The notes under the pieces were generated by a model, which was given only the letters and a program-made list of their open reading frames with translations, ran no database searches and was not told the origin of the DNA. The translations under genes were made by a program, and so were the position numbers. A stretch of 64,000 nt of DNA from IMG/VR virus record IMGVR_UViG_3300012665_000499, one strand, 5' to 3'. Origin of the DNA: an uncultured virus (IMG/VR IMGVR_UViG_3300012665_000499). Lineage: Duplodnaviria > Heunggongvirae > Uroviricota > Caudoviricetes. This document shows, piece after piece, positions 9,212 to 18,798 of the stretch (positions are counted from its first letter, which is position 1; every line of letters starts with the position of its first letter).

Positions 9212-10014
9212 TGTTTGCCGCCGTCAATTTCTTCCTTGCGGGAAATGCGCGTCTTCGGTCTACGATTACGATAAGCGCTGACACCCTAAACTATGTTCTT
9301 AACACAGCTAAAGTGTCTGGATATGTGGCGGGAATTACGGATGTAACTTTGGTAATCAACAGCGGGGTTTACGTAGGTTCATCATCTACGGGTTCACCGG
9401 CCCTACAAATTGACACCTCTTGGTCTGCATTTGACACGGTAACGATTATCAATAACGGGTACATAGTTGGTTGCGGAGGTGGCGGCGGAATCGGTGGAGA
9501 ATACTCTGCAACAGCAGGTGGCGGCGCAGGCACTGCGGTTGATGCCCAAAGAGCCGTTACGTTTACCAATAACGGTACCGTCGGTGGCGGGGGTGGCGGT
9601 GGTGGCGGTGGTGGATATGGGTATTACTACTACAGCTACATAGCAGGTTATGTCAAAGGCTCTCCGTTCTACGCTACAGCTACAACTTACTACGGTGGCG
9701 GCGGTGGTGGCGGTGGGCAAGGTTTCAATGGCGGCGCTGGGGGTCGAGGCGGGGTACTAGCAAGTGGAACAGGCGGCGCGGGTAGCGCAGGGACAAAAAC
9801 AACGGCTGGTTCTGGAGGCGCAGGTTCAGGTGGCCCTTCTGTAAATGCCGGGGCAGGTGCTAGCGGCGGTACATTCGGAGCCTCTGGTGGTACTGGCGTG
9901 GCTGGTGCTGGCGGCGCAGCGGCTGGTGGCTCGGGTGCTGGCTGTTTAGTAGGCAAGTCTTTTGTTAACGCAGGTGCAGGTATTACAGGAACAACTTTTG
10001 GAGGTCAGTCGTAA
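9211..10014 (+). CDS. Glycine-rich receptor-binding adhesin (T-even gp38-like)
   Basis: TAATG overlap with fibre stop; TIINNGYIVGCGGGGG and NNGTVGGGGGGGGGGG polyglycine motifs. Confidence 0.7.
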   Translation: MFAAVNFFLAGNARLRSTITISADTLNYVLNTAKVSGYVAGITDVTLVINSGVYVGSSSTGSPALQIDTSWSAFDTVTIINNGYIVGCGGGGGIGGEYSATAGGGAGTAVDAQRAVTFTNNGTVGGGGGGGGGGGYGYYYYSYIAGYVKGSPFYATATTYYGGGGGGGGQGFNGGAGGRGGVLASGTGGAGSAGTKTTAGSGGAGSGGPSVNAGAGASGGTFGASGGTGVAGAGGAAAGGSGAGCLVGKSFVNAGAGITGTTFGGQS

Positions 10015-10397
10015 TGGACTATAGAATCACAGCCGCTGATGCGGCACTTGGGCAAATCGAAGTAACTTACTTAAAAGACGGGGTTTCCGTTGCCGCTTAT
10101 ACGATTGATGTGCCTATCGTTGATGGGCAGTACATTACCGGGGATGCTTTAGCGCAGGAAATTATGCGGAGAGCACCTCTATGGCTTGTAGAACGCCAGC
10201 AAGCAGCAAACGCTGCGCCTAACTTTGCCAATATACAAGCACTTGTGCAGTCAGTAGCAGTTGCGGATGTAGTAGACCCAAATGGTTCCTCAGAGCGTCA
10301 GGCGACAATAGTAGACCAGTCAGATGCACTTGTTGAATCACGCGCTAATATGGCTGTACCTTCTGATAACGTCCAAACAATAGTTACAACACTGTAA
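10014..10397 (+). CDS. Hypothetical protein (possible fibre accessory)
   Basis: TAATG translational coupling to the adhesin. Confidence 0.6.
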   Translation: MDYRITAADAALGQIEVTYLKDGVSVAAYTIDVPIVDGQYITGDALAQEIMRRAPLWLVERQQAANAAPNFANIQALVQSVAVADVVDPNGSSERQATIVDQSDALVESRANMAVPSDNVQTIVTTL

Positions 10398-10403
10398 TAC
10401 GAT

Positions 10404-10934
10404 ATGGCACATCTTGTATCTAAACCTGTAGTTTTCGAGGCGTTACATCTTAGGGTGGCTACTACAGTGTGGGAGTACGCTGGAGATGTTCAGGTTACAG
10501 CACTTAAAGGTCCGTTGGGTAGCGATGACCCACACATAAAAACGGTTCTGATAAAAGGGTCTGTACGTGTAGAGTACCCCGGTACCGATGCCCCAGATGT
10601 TACTGAGTCTGCCCCAAACTGCCGTATTTTTCCATCGCCAAATGCTGTTGGTAAGGTGATGTTTAGGCATATAACCTTAGAAGATAATACACAGTCACAA
10701 TGTGTGCAGCCGCTTACAGGGTACAGGATCATTACAGAAAAAGACGTTACCCTTAATGCAGGTGATACGTTAGCAATAGCCAAAGGTGTGATGGTTTTTG
10801 TGTTTGGTGACAGCTACACAATTAATGGGGACGTTCAGGAAGGTTTTCACACGTTCGCGGTGCAGAACAACGACATCGTAGTAAACGCAAATGCAACCTG
10901 CCGGGGTATAGTTTTTAAATCAATCCCTGTATAA
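10404..10934 (+). CDS. Hypothetical beta-rich (cupin-like?) protein
   Basis: 176-aa ORF filling the gap; alternating hydrophobic strands. Confidence 0.55.
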   Translation: MAHLVSKPVVFEALHLRVATTVWEYAGDVQVTALKGPLGSDDPHIKTVLIKGSVRVEYPGTDAPDVTESAPNCRIFPSPNAVGKVMFRHITLEDNTQSQCVQPLTGYRIITEKDVTLNAGDTLAIAKGVMVFVFGDSYTINGDVQEGFHTFAVQNNDIVVNANATCRGIVFKSIPV

Positions 10935-10997
10935 ATATGCTCTACACCTTAGCGGTATTCTTTTTTTACAAATATAGGTTGCGTAAGGATAAACGTA

Positions 10998-11924
10998 ATG
11001 CAAGTTAAGTACACGTCACAACCCCTGCGGCAAAACTGGGACAAAGAGCTTCCTAGGTATTGGTTTGATAACAGCCCGTTTAAGACACACTATCTCAACG
11101 CAGTCAGTATTATTATTCCTGCGGCGGAGAACGTCGTAATCCACGTTATTAAAGAAACTAGCCCGCTTTTAACTGACCCGGTACTTAAAGCGCAGGTAGG
11201 GGAAATGCTCGCGCAGGAAAATTGGCACTCGTTTTCGCATAGGAAATACAACGAGTGGCTTACCCGTATTGGGCTACCCGCACATGAAATAGCTTCGGAA
11301 TACGTACGCGGCGTACAACATATAAAGTACTATGTGGATAAGTACATTGGGCAAAAAGTTTGGCTCCCATTGGTTATTTGTGGTGAACACATGTTTTCTG
11401 CCACGATGGAGTATTTCTTAGAGCGCCCCAAGTTGTTAGCGCAGATGCACCCACATTTCCGACAAGCATGGGTATGGCATTTTCTTGAAGAGCTTGAACA
11501 CAAAGGTTCTTCTATGGATATGTGGAATGACACTAAGCACATATACAACTACAAACGGTGGCGGATACATGTTGCTTTTGCTTTATACATGATTAGGTTT
11601 AAAGTAAGGCACTTTGGGATGGTTGTTAAGCTGTTAAAACACGATAAGCAGCTATGGAAGTGGAAGACCTTTAAAGATGCAGCCGTGTTTCTTTTTGGCT
11701 GGGACGGGATAAACGTCCAAACATTTCTACCGCTGGTTAAAATCTTTAAGCCTAACTTCCATCCTTGGGACCATGACACGCGGTATCTACTTACTCAGTA
11801 TGCAAAAATTGCCGGGGAAGAACATATTGACGAGTTACAGGTGGTGCAGATTGACGCGGAATTTCAAGCTTGCATTTCTGATATTGAGGCCACTATTGAG
11901 GCGAACAACATTAAGAAATACTGA
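10998..11924 (+). CDS. Ferritin-like diiron protein (predicted metal-dependent hydrolase family), copy 1
   Basis: PRYWF, PAAE, QENWHSFSH, GEH, HFLEELEHK, FHPWDHD. Confidence 0.8.
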   Translation: MQVKYTSQPLRQNWDKELPRYWFDNSPFKTHYLNAVSIIIPAAENVVIHVIKETSPLLTDPVLKAQVGEMLAQENWHSFSHRKYNEWLTRIGLPAHEIASEYVRGVQHIKYYVDKYIGQKVWLPLVICGEHMFSATMEYFLERPKLLAQMHPHFRQAWVWHFLEELEHKGSSMDMWNDTKHIYNYKRWRIHVAFALYMIRFKVRHFGMVVKLLKHDKQLWKWKTFKDAAVFLFGWDGINVQTFLPLVKIFKPNFHPWDHDTRYLLTQYAKIAGEEHIDELQVVQIDAEFQACISDIEATIEANNIKKY

Positions 11925-11926
11925 CC

Positions 11927-12778
11927 ATGCACATAAATGAGTTTGCTTCAGTGCCAATGAAACAGGATTGGAATCAGGAGCTCCCGCGATATTGGTTTGG
12001 CGGGAGCCCAGTTAGGACGCATTTCATGAATGCGTTTGGCATTGCAATTCCGTCAGGGGAACGAGCCCTACTGCACATAATCAAAGAATTTCAACCGCTT
12101 GTTTCTGATCCCCAGATACTCGAGCAGTCAAAAACGCTGGTGGCGCAAGAGCATTGGCATACACATTCCCACGATAAGTACAACGAGTGGCTCGCAAAAC
12201 TCGGTTTTCCTTCAACTGAGATTGACGCACGGACTTGGGGAAACATGCAACGTAGGTTAAAGTTCATCCCTAAAAAAATGTGGATGGCTATAGCTACCGT
12301 TGCGGAACACAACTCGGCTGTGTTTTTTGAGTTTCTTTTTTCACGACCCGAACTGCTTGAGCAGATGCACCCACACTTCCGGCAGATATGGCAATGGCAC
12401 GGCGTAGAAGAGATTGAGCATAAAGGCGTCTCTCTAGATATGTGGAACAATATGAAAGCTCGTCTTGGGCTTAGCGAGTTTTTACTGCGGACGGTCGGCC
12501 TATTTTTTGTTACAAGCGTAATCAATGGGCGCATACTGCGGCTAACCTGCAAACTGCTGCTACAGGATAAACAGTTTTGGAAATGGCGCACCTTACGGGA
12601 CGGCCTGAGTTTTCTCTTTGGGCGCAGGGGGCTCGTATATGCTACGTTCCTACCTTGGCTTGCATTTATGAAGCCCGGGTTCCACCCTTGGGATCACGAT
12701 ACTCGCCCGTTGATAGCTAAGTTCCCAAAAACACTTGGCACAGGTACAATGCCACCACCACATAAGGAAGCCCTATGA
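11927..12778 (+). CDS. Ferritin-like diiron protein (predicted metal-dependent hydrolase family), copy 2
   Basis: PRYWF, PSGE, QEHWHTHSH, AEH, HGVEEIEHK, FHPWDHD. Confidence 0.8.
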   Translation: MHINEFASVPMKQDWNQELPRYWFGGSPVRTHFMNAFGIAIPSGERALLHIIKEFQPLVSDPQILEQSKTLVAQEHWHTHSHDKYNEWLAKLGFPSTEIDARTWGNMQRRLKFIPKKMWMAIATVAEHNSAVFFEFLFSRPELLEQMHPHFRQIWQWHGVEEIEHKGVSLDMWNNMKARLGLSEFLLRTVGLFFVTSVINGRILRLTCKLLLQDKQFWKWRTLRDGLSFLFGRRGLVYATFLPWLAFMKPGFHPWDHDTRPLIAKFPKTLGTGTMPPPHKEAL

Positions 12779-13755
12779 CTACGGCAGCAACATCACTTTT
12801 AGGCTTAGCCCTACCAGTATCCGGCGAACTGTCTGGTACATGGGGCGATACGGTCAATAACTCCATTACATCCCTGCTTGACGAGGCAGTTGCCGGAACC
12901 ACAACTCTTAGCACAGATGCAGATGTAACGCTATCTGCCACAACCCTAGCAACAAACCAAGCACGACAGGCTGTTTTATTGCTTACTGGGGCTCGCGCTA
13001 CGATCCGTACAATTACCGCCCCCTCGCAAAGTAAAACGTATGTAGTCGTAAACCGCACAACGGGCGGCTTCCCTTCAGTCATCAAAGGCGCTGCAACAAC
13101 CGGCGTATCTGTAGCAAGTGGAACGGCTTCCTTAGTAGCTTGGAACGGCTTAGACTTTGCCATCATATCGACTATGAGTTCAGTTGGCGTCGTACCCGTT
13201 CTTAGCGGAGGCACCGGGGTAACAACCTCAACAGGCTCGGGCAACAACGTGCTGTCCACAAGCCCTACGTTGGTAACTCCAATTCTTGGTACACCCACTT
13301 CTGGGACGCTGACAAATGTTACTGGACTCCCTCTTACCACTGGCGTAACAGGAACTTTACCGGTTGCCAACGGCGGAACTGGGGCTACTGCGGCTTCTGG
13401 TACAGGCAACGTAGTGTTGGCTACCGCACCAACTATTTCAAATCTAACTTTCTCAGGCAGCGCAACCGAGCAGGTTTACGCATTGTCTGGCACAACCCCC
13501 GGCTTATCTCCAGCCAACGGGACCATCCAAACATGGACGCTGACAGGGAACTCCACCCCAACAAGTTCTTTGACTACCGGCCAGTCCATTACTCTTATGA
13601 TCGACGACGGCACGGCCTACACAATCACATGGCCATCGGTAGTATGGAAGACCAACGGCGGCACAGCGCCCGCGCTAAACACATCAGGCTTTACGGCGAT
13701 CCAACTATGGCAGGTTGGCAGTACGCTGTACGGCGCTCGCGTGGGGAATAACTGA
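12775..13755 (+). CDS. Tail fibre protein 2
   Basis: LGLALP...GTWGDTVN N-term; GTLPVANGGTGAT shared with fibre 1; related C-terminal domain. Confidence 0.8.
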   Translation: MTTAATSLLGLALPVSGELSGTWGDTVNNSITSLLDEAVAGTTTLSTDADVTLSATTLATNQARQAVLLLTGARATIRTITAPSQSKTYVVVNRTTGGFPSVIKGAATTGVSVASGTASLVAWNGLDFAIISTMSSVGVVPVLSGGTGVTTSTGSGNNVLSTSPTLVTPILGTPTSGTLTNVTGLPLTTGVTGTLPVANGGTGATAASGTGNVVLATAPTISNLTFSGSATEQVYALSGTTPGLSPANGTIQTWTLTGNSTPTSSLTTGQSITLMIDDGTAYTITWPSVVWKTNGGTAPALNTSGFTAIQLWQVGSTLYGARVGNN

Positions 13756-15827
13756 TGCTGTCGGGCAAACTTCGTTCAGCCACCGGCGGAGGTGCCGTTG
13801 GAGAGGCTTGGACGTATGTAGAAGATTTATCTAAAAACCAAACAGTTTATGGAAATGGGTTATGGCCGTATGTGCCATGGCAGGGCGCATGGAATGGAAC
13901 TGAATTTTGGATACTAAGTAGACAAGGTGGTTTTGCTACAAGTACTGATGGGCTTACATGGTCATACTGGGTAAACGCACCCGCTCAAAGTAACTATAGA
14001 AGTGTTGCGTTTAATGGAACCCAATACATAATGGGGACCCTTAATCCTGTAGACTTACTTTACACCACAACAGATAAGATTACATGGACTGCATGTGGTA
14101 CACCTTTAAGTGATGCTTTTGTTGCTGCAGGGTGGACATACAACACTGGTGGCGGTGTACCAGCTGTACTTTGGAACGGCACTCAATGGGTGGCAATGAA
14201 CTCCCAAGGTTATGTAGCCAAAAGTACTGATTTAGTAACATGGACTGCAACCAATAGTTTAGTTACCGCACTGAGCACCCAAACTACTGACCCGACTACA
14301 ATTTTAGCCTACAGCGGGACTATGTATGTAGCATGTGTTGCAGACACTGGAACTACAGCCATGTATTCAAGCCCAGATGCGGTAACTTGGACCTCTAGGG
14401 TTCTTGTTAATGGAGCGTATGGGATTAGCAGTATTGTATGGACAGGAACAAAATTCGTAGGAGTAACATACCAAGGAATTATTTGGATAAGCATTGACGG
14501 AATAACATGGACGTCAAATACAAATGCAAGAACAGCAACAGGATATGTAGATAGTACGCCTTATTACTACATAGTATGGGACGGTACCAAATTAATCGTT
14601 ATGCGTCAGTCTGCTTATGGTAATTTTAGTTCTACGGATTTAGCTGCAAATAACGCATGGGCAGCTACGAGCACTGATGGAGTTACTTGGACTTCCAATA
14701 CCACATTAAAAAATAATGCAACATGGAATCAAAGAAAACCCGGGGTATTAATGTATGGGGCATCTAGATATGTGAGCGTAGGAAGTAGCATTTATACAGG
14801 CGCAATTTATCCAATGCTTGAAGCAACAAGTACAGATTTTAATACTTGGACATTCCCTACAAATTTAACTCAGTTCGACACTACTTTTAGCACAAACGGA
14901 ATTTATAAAATGTATTGGACTGGATCGCAATACATAGCAGTAGGTACTTATAACTGCAGTTTTGCTACTAGCCCTAATGGATACAATTCATGGACAAATA
15001 ACGTATCTTTATTTTATAACACTAGTTTTAATATAGGCGAAGCAAGAATTGAGCAGTCTGCATATGGTTTTGGTAAGTATATAGTCTGCAGAAGACAAGG
15101 ACAGGGTACTTCAGCAGTTGCATATTACACAACGGATTTTGTTAACTTTACTGCAATACCATCATTTGCAACAGCGTTTGGTACATTAAGCGGTTCTATA
15201 TTGGGTATGTGGTTTGCTGGTTCGTATTTTTACGCGGCTGGGGGTGCTTCTCCTTATAAATTTGTATATAGCCCTGATGGAATAAATTGGGTAGCATCTG
15301 CAACCGGGCCTTCTTCTGTATGGAGTGGTGGAAGTGCGTCTGTTTTACATGTTGTTTGGAATGGGTCAATATATTTAGCATGGGGCAGTTCAAATAATTT
15401 TTCAGCTACAAGCACCGATGGACTTACTTGGACAAACAGACCAAGTTCTGTATCTTTAGGGGTTGCTGTTGGGTACTTAACTTGGGCTGGTAATCAGTTT
15501 GTAGCTTTGGATACCAACGGAAGAATTGGAACTAGTCCTGATGGTGTTACGTGGACATATAACGCATCTTTATACAATATTCTTCTTGGCACTTCACGTC
15601 GTGTATATAACATAACATGGTGCGATTCTTTTTGTATTGTTATGGGTGATTATGGGTATTCGTATAAAACATATGATTTTGTTAATTGGACCCAAAATAA
15701 TAGTTTAATGTCTACTACATGGGGCACATACAGAGCTTCATATAACGGAGGAGCTCCATTTTCAAGTAATTGGAATGGGTATCAATTAATACTTGGCGGC
15801 TTTGATGGTAGGGTTGCAATTTCATAA
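13755..15827 (+). CDS. Beta-propeller (BNR/Asp-box-like repeat) receptor-binding protein
   Basis: Many SxDGxTWT / WNG / WTG repeats; TGATG coupling to fibre 2. Confidence 0.75.
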   Translation: MLSGKLRSATGGGAVGEAWTYVEDLSKNQTVYGNGLWPYVPWQGAWNGTEFWILSRQGGFATSTDGLTWSYWVNAPAQSNYRSVAFNGTQYIMGTLNPVDLLYTTTDKITWTACGTPLSDAFVAAGWTYNTGGGVPAVLWNGTQWVAMNSQGYVAKSTDLVTWTATNSLVTALSTQTTDPTTILAYSGTMYVACVADTGTTAMYSSPDAVTWTSRVLVNGAYGISSIVWTGTKFVGVTYQGIIWISIDGITWTSNTNARTATGYVDSTPYYYIVWDGTKLIVMRQSAYGNFSSTDLAANNAWAATSTDGVTWTSNTTLKNNATWNQRKPGVLMYGASRYVSVGSSIYTGAIYPMLEATSTDFNTWTFPTNLTQFDTTFSTNGIYKMYWTGSQYIAVGTYNCSFATSPNGYNSWTNNVSLFYNTSFNIGEARIEQSAYGFGKYIVCRRQGQGTSAVAYYTTDFVNFTAIPSFATAFGTLSGSILGMWFAGSYFYAAGGASPYKFVYSPDGINWVASATGPSSVWSGGSASVLHVVWNGSIYLAWGSSNNFSATSTDGLTWTNRPSSVSLGVAVGYLTWAGNQFVALDTNGRIGTSPDGVTWTYNASLYNILLGTSRRVYNITWCDSFCIVMGDYGYSYKTYDFVNWTQNNSLMSTTWGTYRASYNGGAPFSSNWNGYQLILGGFDGRVAIS

Positions 15828-15838
15828 AGGAAAAAATA

Positions 15839-16285
15839 ATGTACGCACGTATTGAAAACGACCAAATTGCTGAGTGGCCTATTGTCAACATCTACCAGCG
15901 CCTGCCGCAGGTAAGTTTCTCCGAGCCAATCAACCACGCCAACCTGCCAAACGGGTTTGTCTATGTAGCGCCACCCGCAATGCCGGAGTACAACCCTGCC
16001 TCACAGGCTGTTGTACTAAACGCTCCGGCTATGGTAGCGGGCTCATGGCAGCAGGTTTACAGCGTGGTTAACCTATCTGCCGAGCAACTGCAATCAAACG
16101 TAGATAGCGCTGCCTCTGCCGCACGTAGCACCCGGGATGCAAAAATAGCTGCATCTGATTGGACGCAAGTGGCTGACGCTCCTGTAGACCAAGCGGCATG
16201 GGCAACCTACCGCCAAGCACTGCGAGACATCCCGTCGCAGTCAGGGTTTCCCGCAGACATTCAGTGGCCTACAGCGCCCGTATAA
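15839..16285 (+). CDS. Tail fibre assembly chaperone
   Basis: RDAKIAASDWTQ..DAP...WATYRQALRDIP.Q.GFP..I.WP signature. Confidence 0.85.
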   Translation: MYARIENDQIAEWPIVNIYQRLPQVSFSEPINHANLPNGFVYVAPPAMPEYNPASQAVVLNAPAMVAGSWQQVYSVVNLSAEQLQSNVDSAASAARSTRDAKIAASDWTQVADAPVDQAAWATYRQALRDIPSQSGFPADIQWPTAPV

Positions 16286-16286
16286 C

Positions 16287-17036
16287 ATGTTCAGCTTCTT
16301 TCGTCGCAAGACCAAGATGGAGTTCATCCAGCGCATAGAGGGCGTAATGGAACTCATGCCTATTATTCCTGCATCGCAGTACAAGCATCCGTGGGTTGGT
16401 CGGCTAATAGCGGACCTTAAAAAGCAACGCGCACAACCTGATTACGGCATGAAGCAAGAAGTACATACAGCCAAGTGCCCCGGCATATTTGGCGTACTGC
16501 AAAACGGATGGATATTACGTGCGTGGCAGGACATAACTATTGAGACCACAGGGGATGGCATAACTTGCAATTGGACTTCTGCAGTAGACCAGACGCCTTT
16601 GTGTGGGGTAGATGCTATCGGGTTTCACCCACCAATACAGCTAACAGATTTCTTGGAAAACTGGGACGGAGTAATACGCCAAGCGCTTAAATTCCAAACC
16701 GGGTGGTCCTGCAAAGTACCAAAAGGTTACTATTTACTTGAAATGCCTGTTGCATATTCGGACGACGACCGCTTTGAGGTACTGCCCGGGATGCACCACG
16801 TTGGGGGATATACAGAACTCAACCCGCAGACCAAGTGGAAGGTTAAATCGGGGAAAACCATCATAAAAGCCGGTACCCCTATAGCGCAGTATGTGCTGGT
16901 GAAGCAAGAAGAATTCGATATGACTATGCGTCTTGTAACGAACAAAGAGCTACGACTCTCCCAGTTAATCCATGACCACGTTTTTGTGCGAAGCGTAAAG
17001 AACTTCAAAGAGTTCCACCAAAAACACCTAAGTTGA
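16287..17036 (+). CDS. Conserved phage protein (DUF6065-like)
   Basis: TAKCPGIFG.LQNGWIL...W...PKGY...IKAGTPIAQY. Confidence 0.55.
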   Translation: MFSFFRRKTKMEFIQRIEGVMELMPIIPASQYKHPWVGRLIADLKKQRAQPDYGMKQEVHTAKCPGIFGVLQNGWILRAWQDITIETTGDGITCNWTSAVDQTPLCGVDAIGFHPPIQLTDFLENWDGVIRQALKFQTGWSCKVPKGYYLLEMPVAYSDDDRFEVLPGMHHVGGYTELNPQTKWKVKSGKTIIKAGTPIAQYVLVKQEEFDMTMRLVTNKELRLSQLIHDHVFVRSVKNFKEFHQKHLS

Positions 17037-17037
17037 T

Positions 17038-17577
17038 ATGACTGAAGTAACGCACAGTATCCGCATACTTGACAACGTGGTTCCTATACACCATAGGGCG
17101 ATGGTGTATAACTATGTCAGTAATTCACACTACTGTATAGGTTGGGGCGACAGACCGCTGGTACAGGGCCACACATATTCCTACTTGCATTCTAGGTACT
17201 CAGACGAGGATGTAAAAAACATAGGGCTACTGCCATTGCTAGACGGCACGGAGTTTGGCGAGGTGTTAAAAGATTATGACTTAACGGGCACAACAGTGAA
17301 CATGACTGTCCCAACTAACGTGCATTTTGCTCACGGGCATTTTGAAGATTTAGTCTTGCTGTACTACGTAAATCTGGATTGGCAACCGCATTTTTACGGG
17401 GAGACAGTCTTCTTCAACGAAGATTGTTCCGATATTGTGCGGGCGGTGCCGTTTACGTCGGGTAGGTTTGTTCTGTTTAACGGACATATACCGCACTCGT
17501 TACGCCCACAGTCGTCCGCAGGGCCGGATTACCGGTTTACTATATCGTTTATGTACACAAAGAAGGTTGAATCATGA
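17038..17577 (+). CDS. 2OG-Fe(II) oxygenase-like protein
   Basis: LLYYVN.DW...YGETVF...GRFVLFNG.IPH...RFTIS; first metal motif HGH. Confidence 0.8.
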   Translation: MTEVTHSIRILDNVVPIHHRAMVYNYVSNSHYCIGWGDRPLVQGHTYSYLHSRYSDEDVKNIGLLPLLDGTEFGEVLKDYDLTGTTVNMTVPTNVHFAHGHFEDLVLLYYVNLDWQPHFYGETVFFNEDCSDIVRAVPFTSGRFVLFNGHIPHSLRPQSSAGPDYRFTISFMYTKKVES

Positions 17578-17765
17578 TTGATATATACGTAGAACGGTTC
17601 ATGTACTTCTTGTGGACAAATTCCCCATTGGAGTCACTCCCAGTAGAGATTACGTTCTTCGGGGGTTTAATAATTGTTTCCGTTGCGGCCTACGTAGCTT
17701 TTGTTTCTGCGGTAACGCTGTGGGATAAGACGCAGGAGTGCTTGGACACTCTTTGGCATGCTTGA
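17574..17765 (+). CDS. Small membrane protein
   Basis: ATGA overlap; one hydrophobic helix. Confidence 0.5.
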   Translation: MIDIYVERFMYFLWTNSPLESLPVEITFFGGLIIVSVAAYVAFVSAVTLWDKTQECLDTLWHA

Positions 17766-17931
17766 TGCAATTGCTTCTGCTCAGATTCAATGGCCCAACA
17801 CCGAGACAAAAATCGTGTTGGTGTGCCGTGTCGTGCTGCCGAGCGAGAAGTATGGCTCAAATGAGTTTTTAGACAAAGACGGGAGGGTGTGCCGTTGGGT
17901 TCTGGAGGTCAAAAATGATCGACCCAATTAG
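17758..17931 (+). CDS. Small hypothetical protein (57 aa, below ORF-track cutoff)
   Basis: MLDAIASAQ...VCRVV...GRVCRWVLEVK...; fills the gap and overlaps both neighbours. Confidence 0.5.
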   Translation: MLDAIASAQIQWPNTETKIVLVCRVVLPSEKYGSNEFLDKDGRVCRWVLEVKNDRPN

Positions 17932-18388
17932 CGCATTTGCCATAGCACAGGGTGCTATAAAAGGCATCCAAGCTGCAATCAAAATGGGCAAGGATGTCCA
18001 AGGCATCACGAACGACGTGATGAAGTTTTTTGACGCAAAGGATAAGGTAGCTAAGGAAGCTGTAAAGGACCCGAAGAAAAAGTACAGTTCGGATACTAGC
18101 CAAGCGATGTCCACGGTCATGCAACTGCATGAGTTAAACCGGGCTGAGGAAGAACTGAAGTGGCACTTTATTAATCAGGGCCAATCGGCGTTGTGGACGC
18201 AGATCGTATTAGAGCGCAACAGCATAGTGCAGCGCAGGCGGACACAGGAGATACTGGATGCTAAAGCGGCAAAGAACCGCAAGGCAGAGATTGACGAAGC
18301 CATCACAATGGGGCTTTGTGTTTTAGTGGCTGCTGCCATATTTTTCTTGGTGGCGTGGGGTGTAATTGCAATGAAAGGAAAATTCTGA
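17915..18388 (+). CDS. Helical protein with C-terminal TM segment
   Basis: GGAGG RBS; MIDPISAFAIAQ start; hydrophobic C-term. Confidence 0.7.
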   Translation: MIDPISAFAIAQGAIKGIQAAIKMGKDVQGITNDVMKFFDAKDKVAKEAVKDPKKKYSSDTSQAMSTVMQLHELNRAEEELKWHFINQGQSALWTQIVLERNSIVQRRRTQEILDAKAAKNRKAEIDEAITMGLCVLVAAAIFFLVAWGVIAMKGKF

Positions 18389-18798
18389 TGTTTGATATTA
18401 CTGGACTGTTGCAAGTAGGCGGCAAGTTAATCGACAAACTTATTCCTGACCCCGAAGCCAAAGCACGGGCGCAGCTTGAACTCGCCACACTTGCCCAAAG
18501 CGGTGAACTGGCAAAGATGGCTAACGAGACTGAAATTTACAAGACGGAGCAAAACAATGTTACAGAGCGCTGGGCTGCGGATGCAAATACTGATAGCTGG
18601 CTTGCTAAAAATATCCGTCCTCTTAGCCTTGTTGCTATCTTTGTTGGGTATTTTCTGTTTGCGCTTATGTCAGCTTTTGGCTATGACGCTAAAGAATCTT
18701 ATGTACAGCTTTTGGGTCAGTGGGGTATGCTTATCATGTCTGCTTACTTTGGCGGCAAAACGCTTGAGAACATCATGGAAATGAGGACCAAGAAATGA
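18388..18798 (+). CDS. Holin (3TM/GTA-type)
   Basis: KLIDKLIPDPEAKA..QLEL, SWLAKNIRP, TM helices, AYFGGKTLE; directly upstream of endolysin. Confidence 0.75.
   Translation: MFDITGLLQVGGKLIDKLIPDPEAKARAQLELATLAQSGELAKMANETEIYKTEQNNVTERWAADANTDSWLAKNIRPLSLVAIFVGYFLFALMSAFGYDAKESYVQLLGQWGMLIMSAYFGGKTLENIMEMRTKK

Noticed and set aside
6863..15827. Diversity-generating retroelement acting on the fibres
   Set aside because: No reverse transcriptase motif and no TR/VR pair with adenine-specific differences; the only repeat is an in-frame shaft duplication
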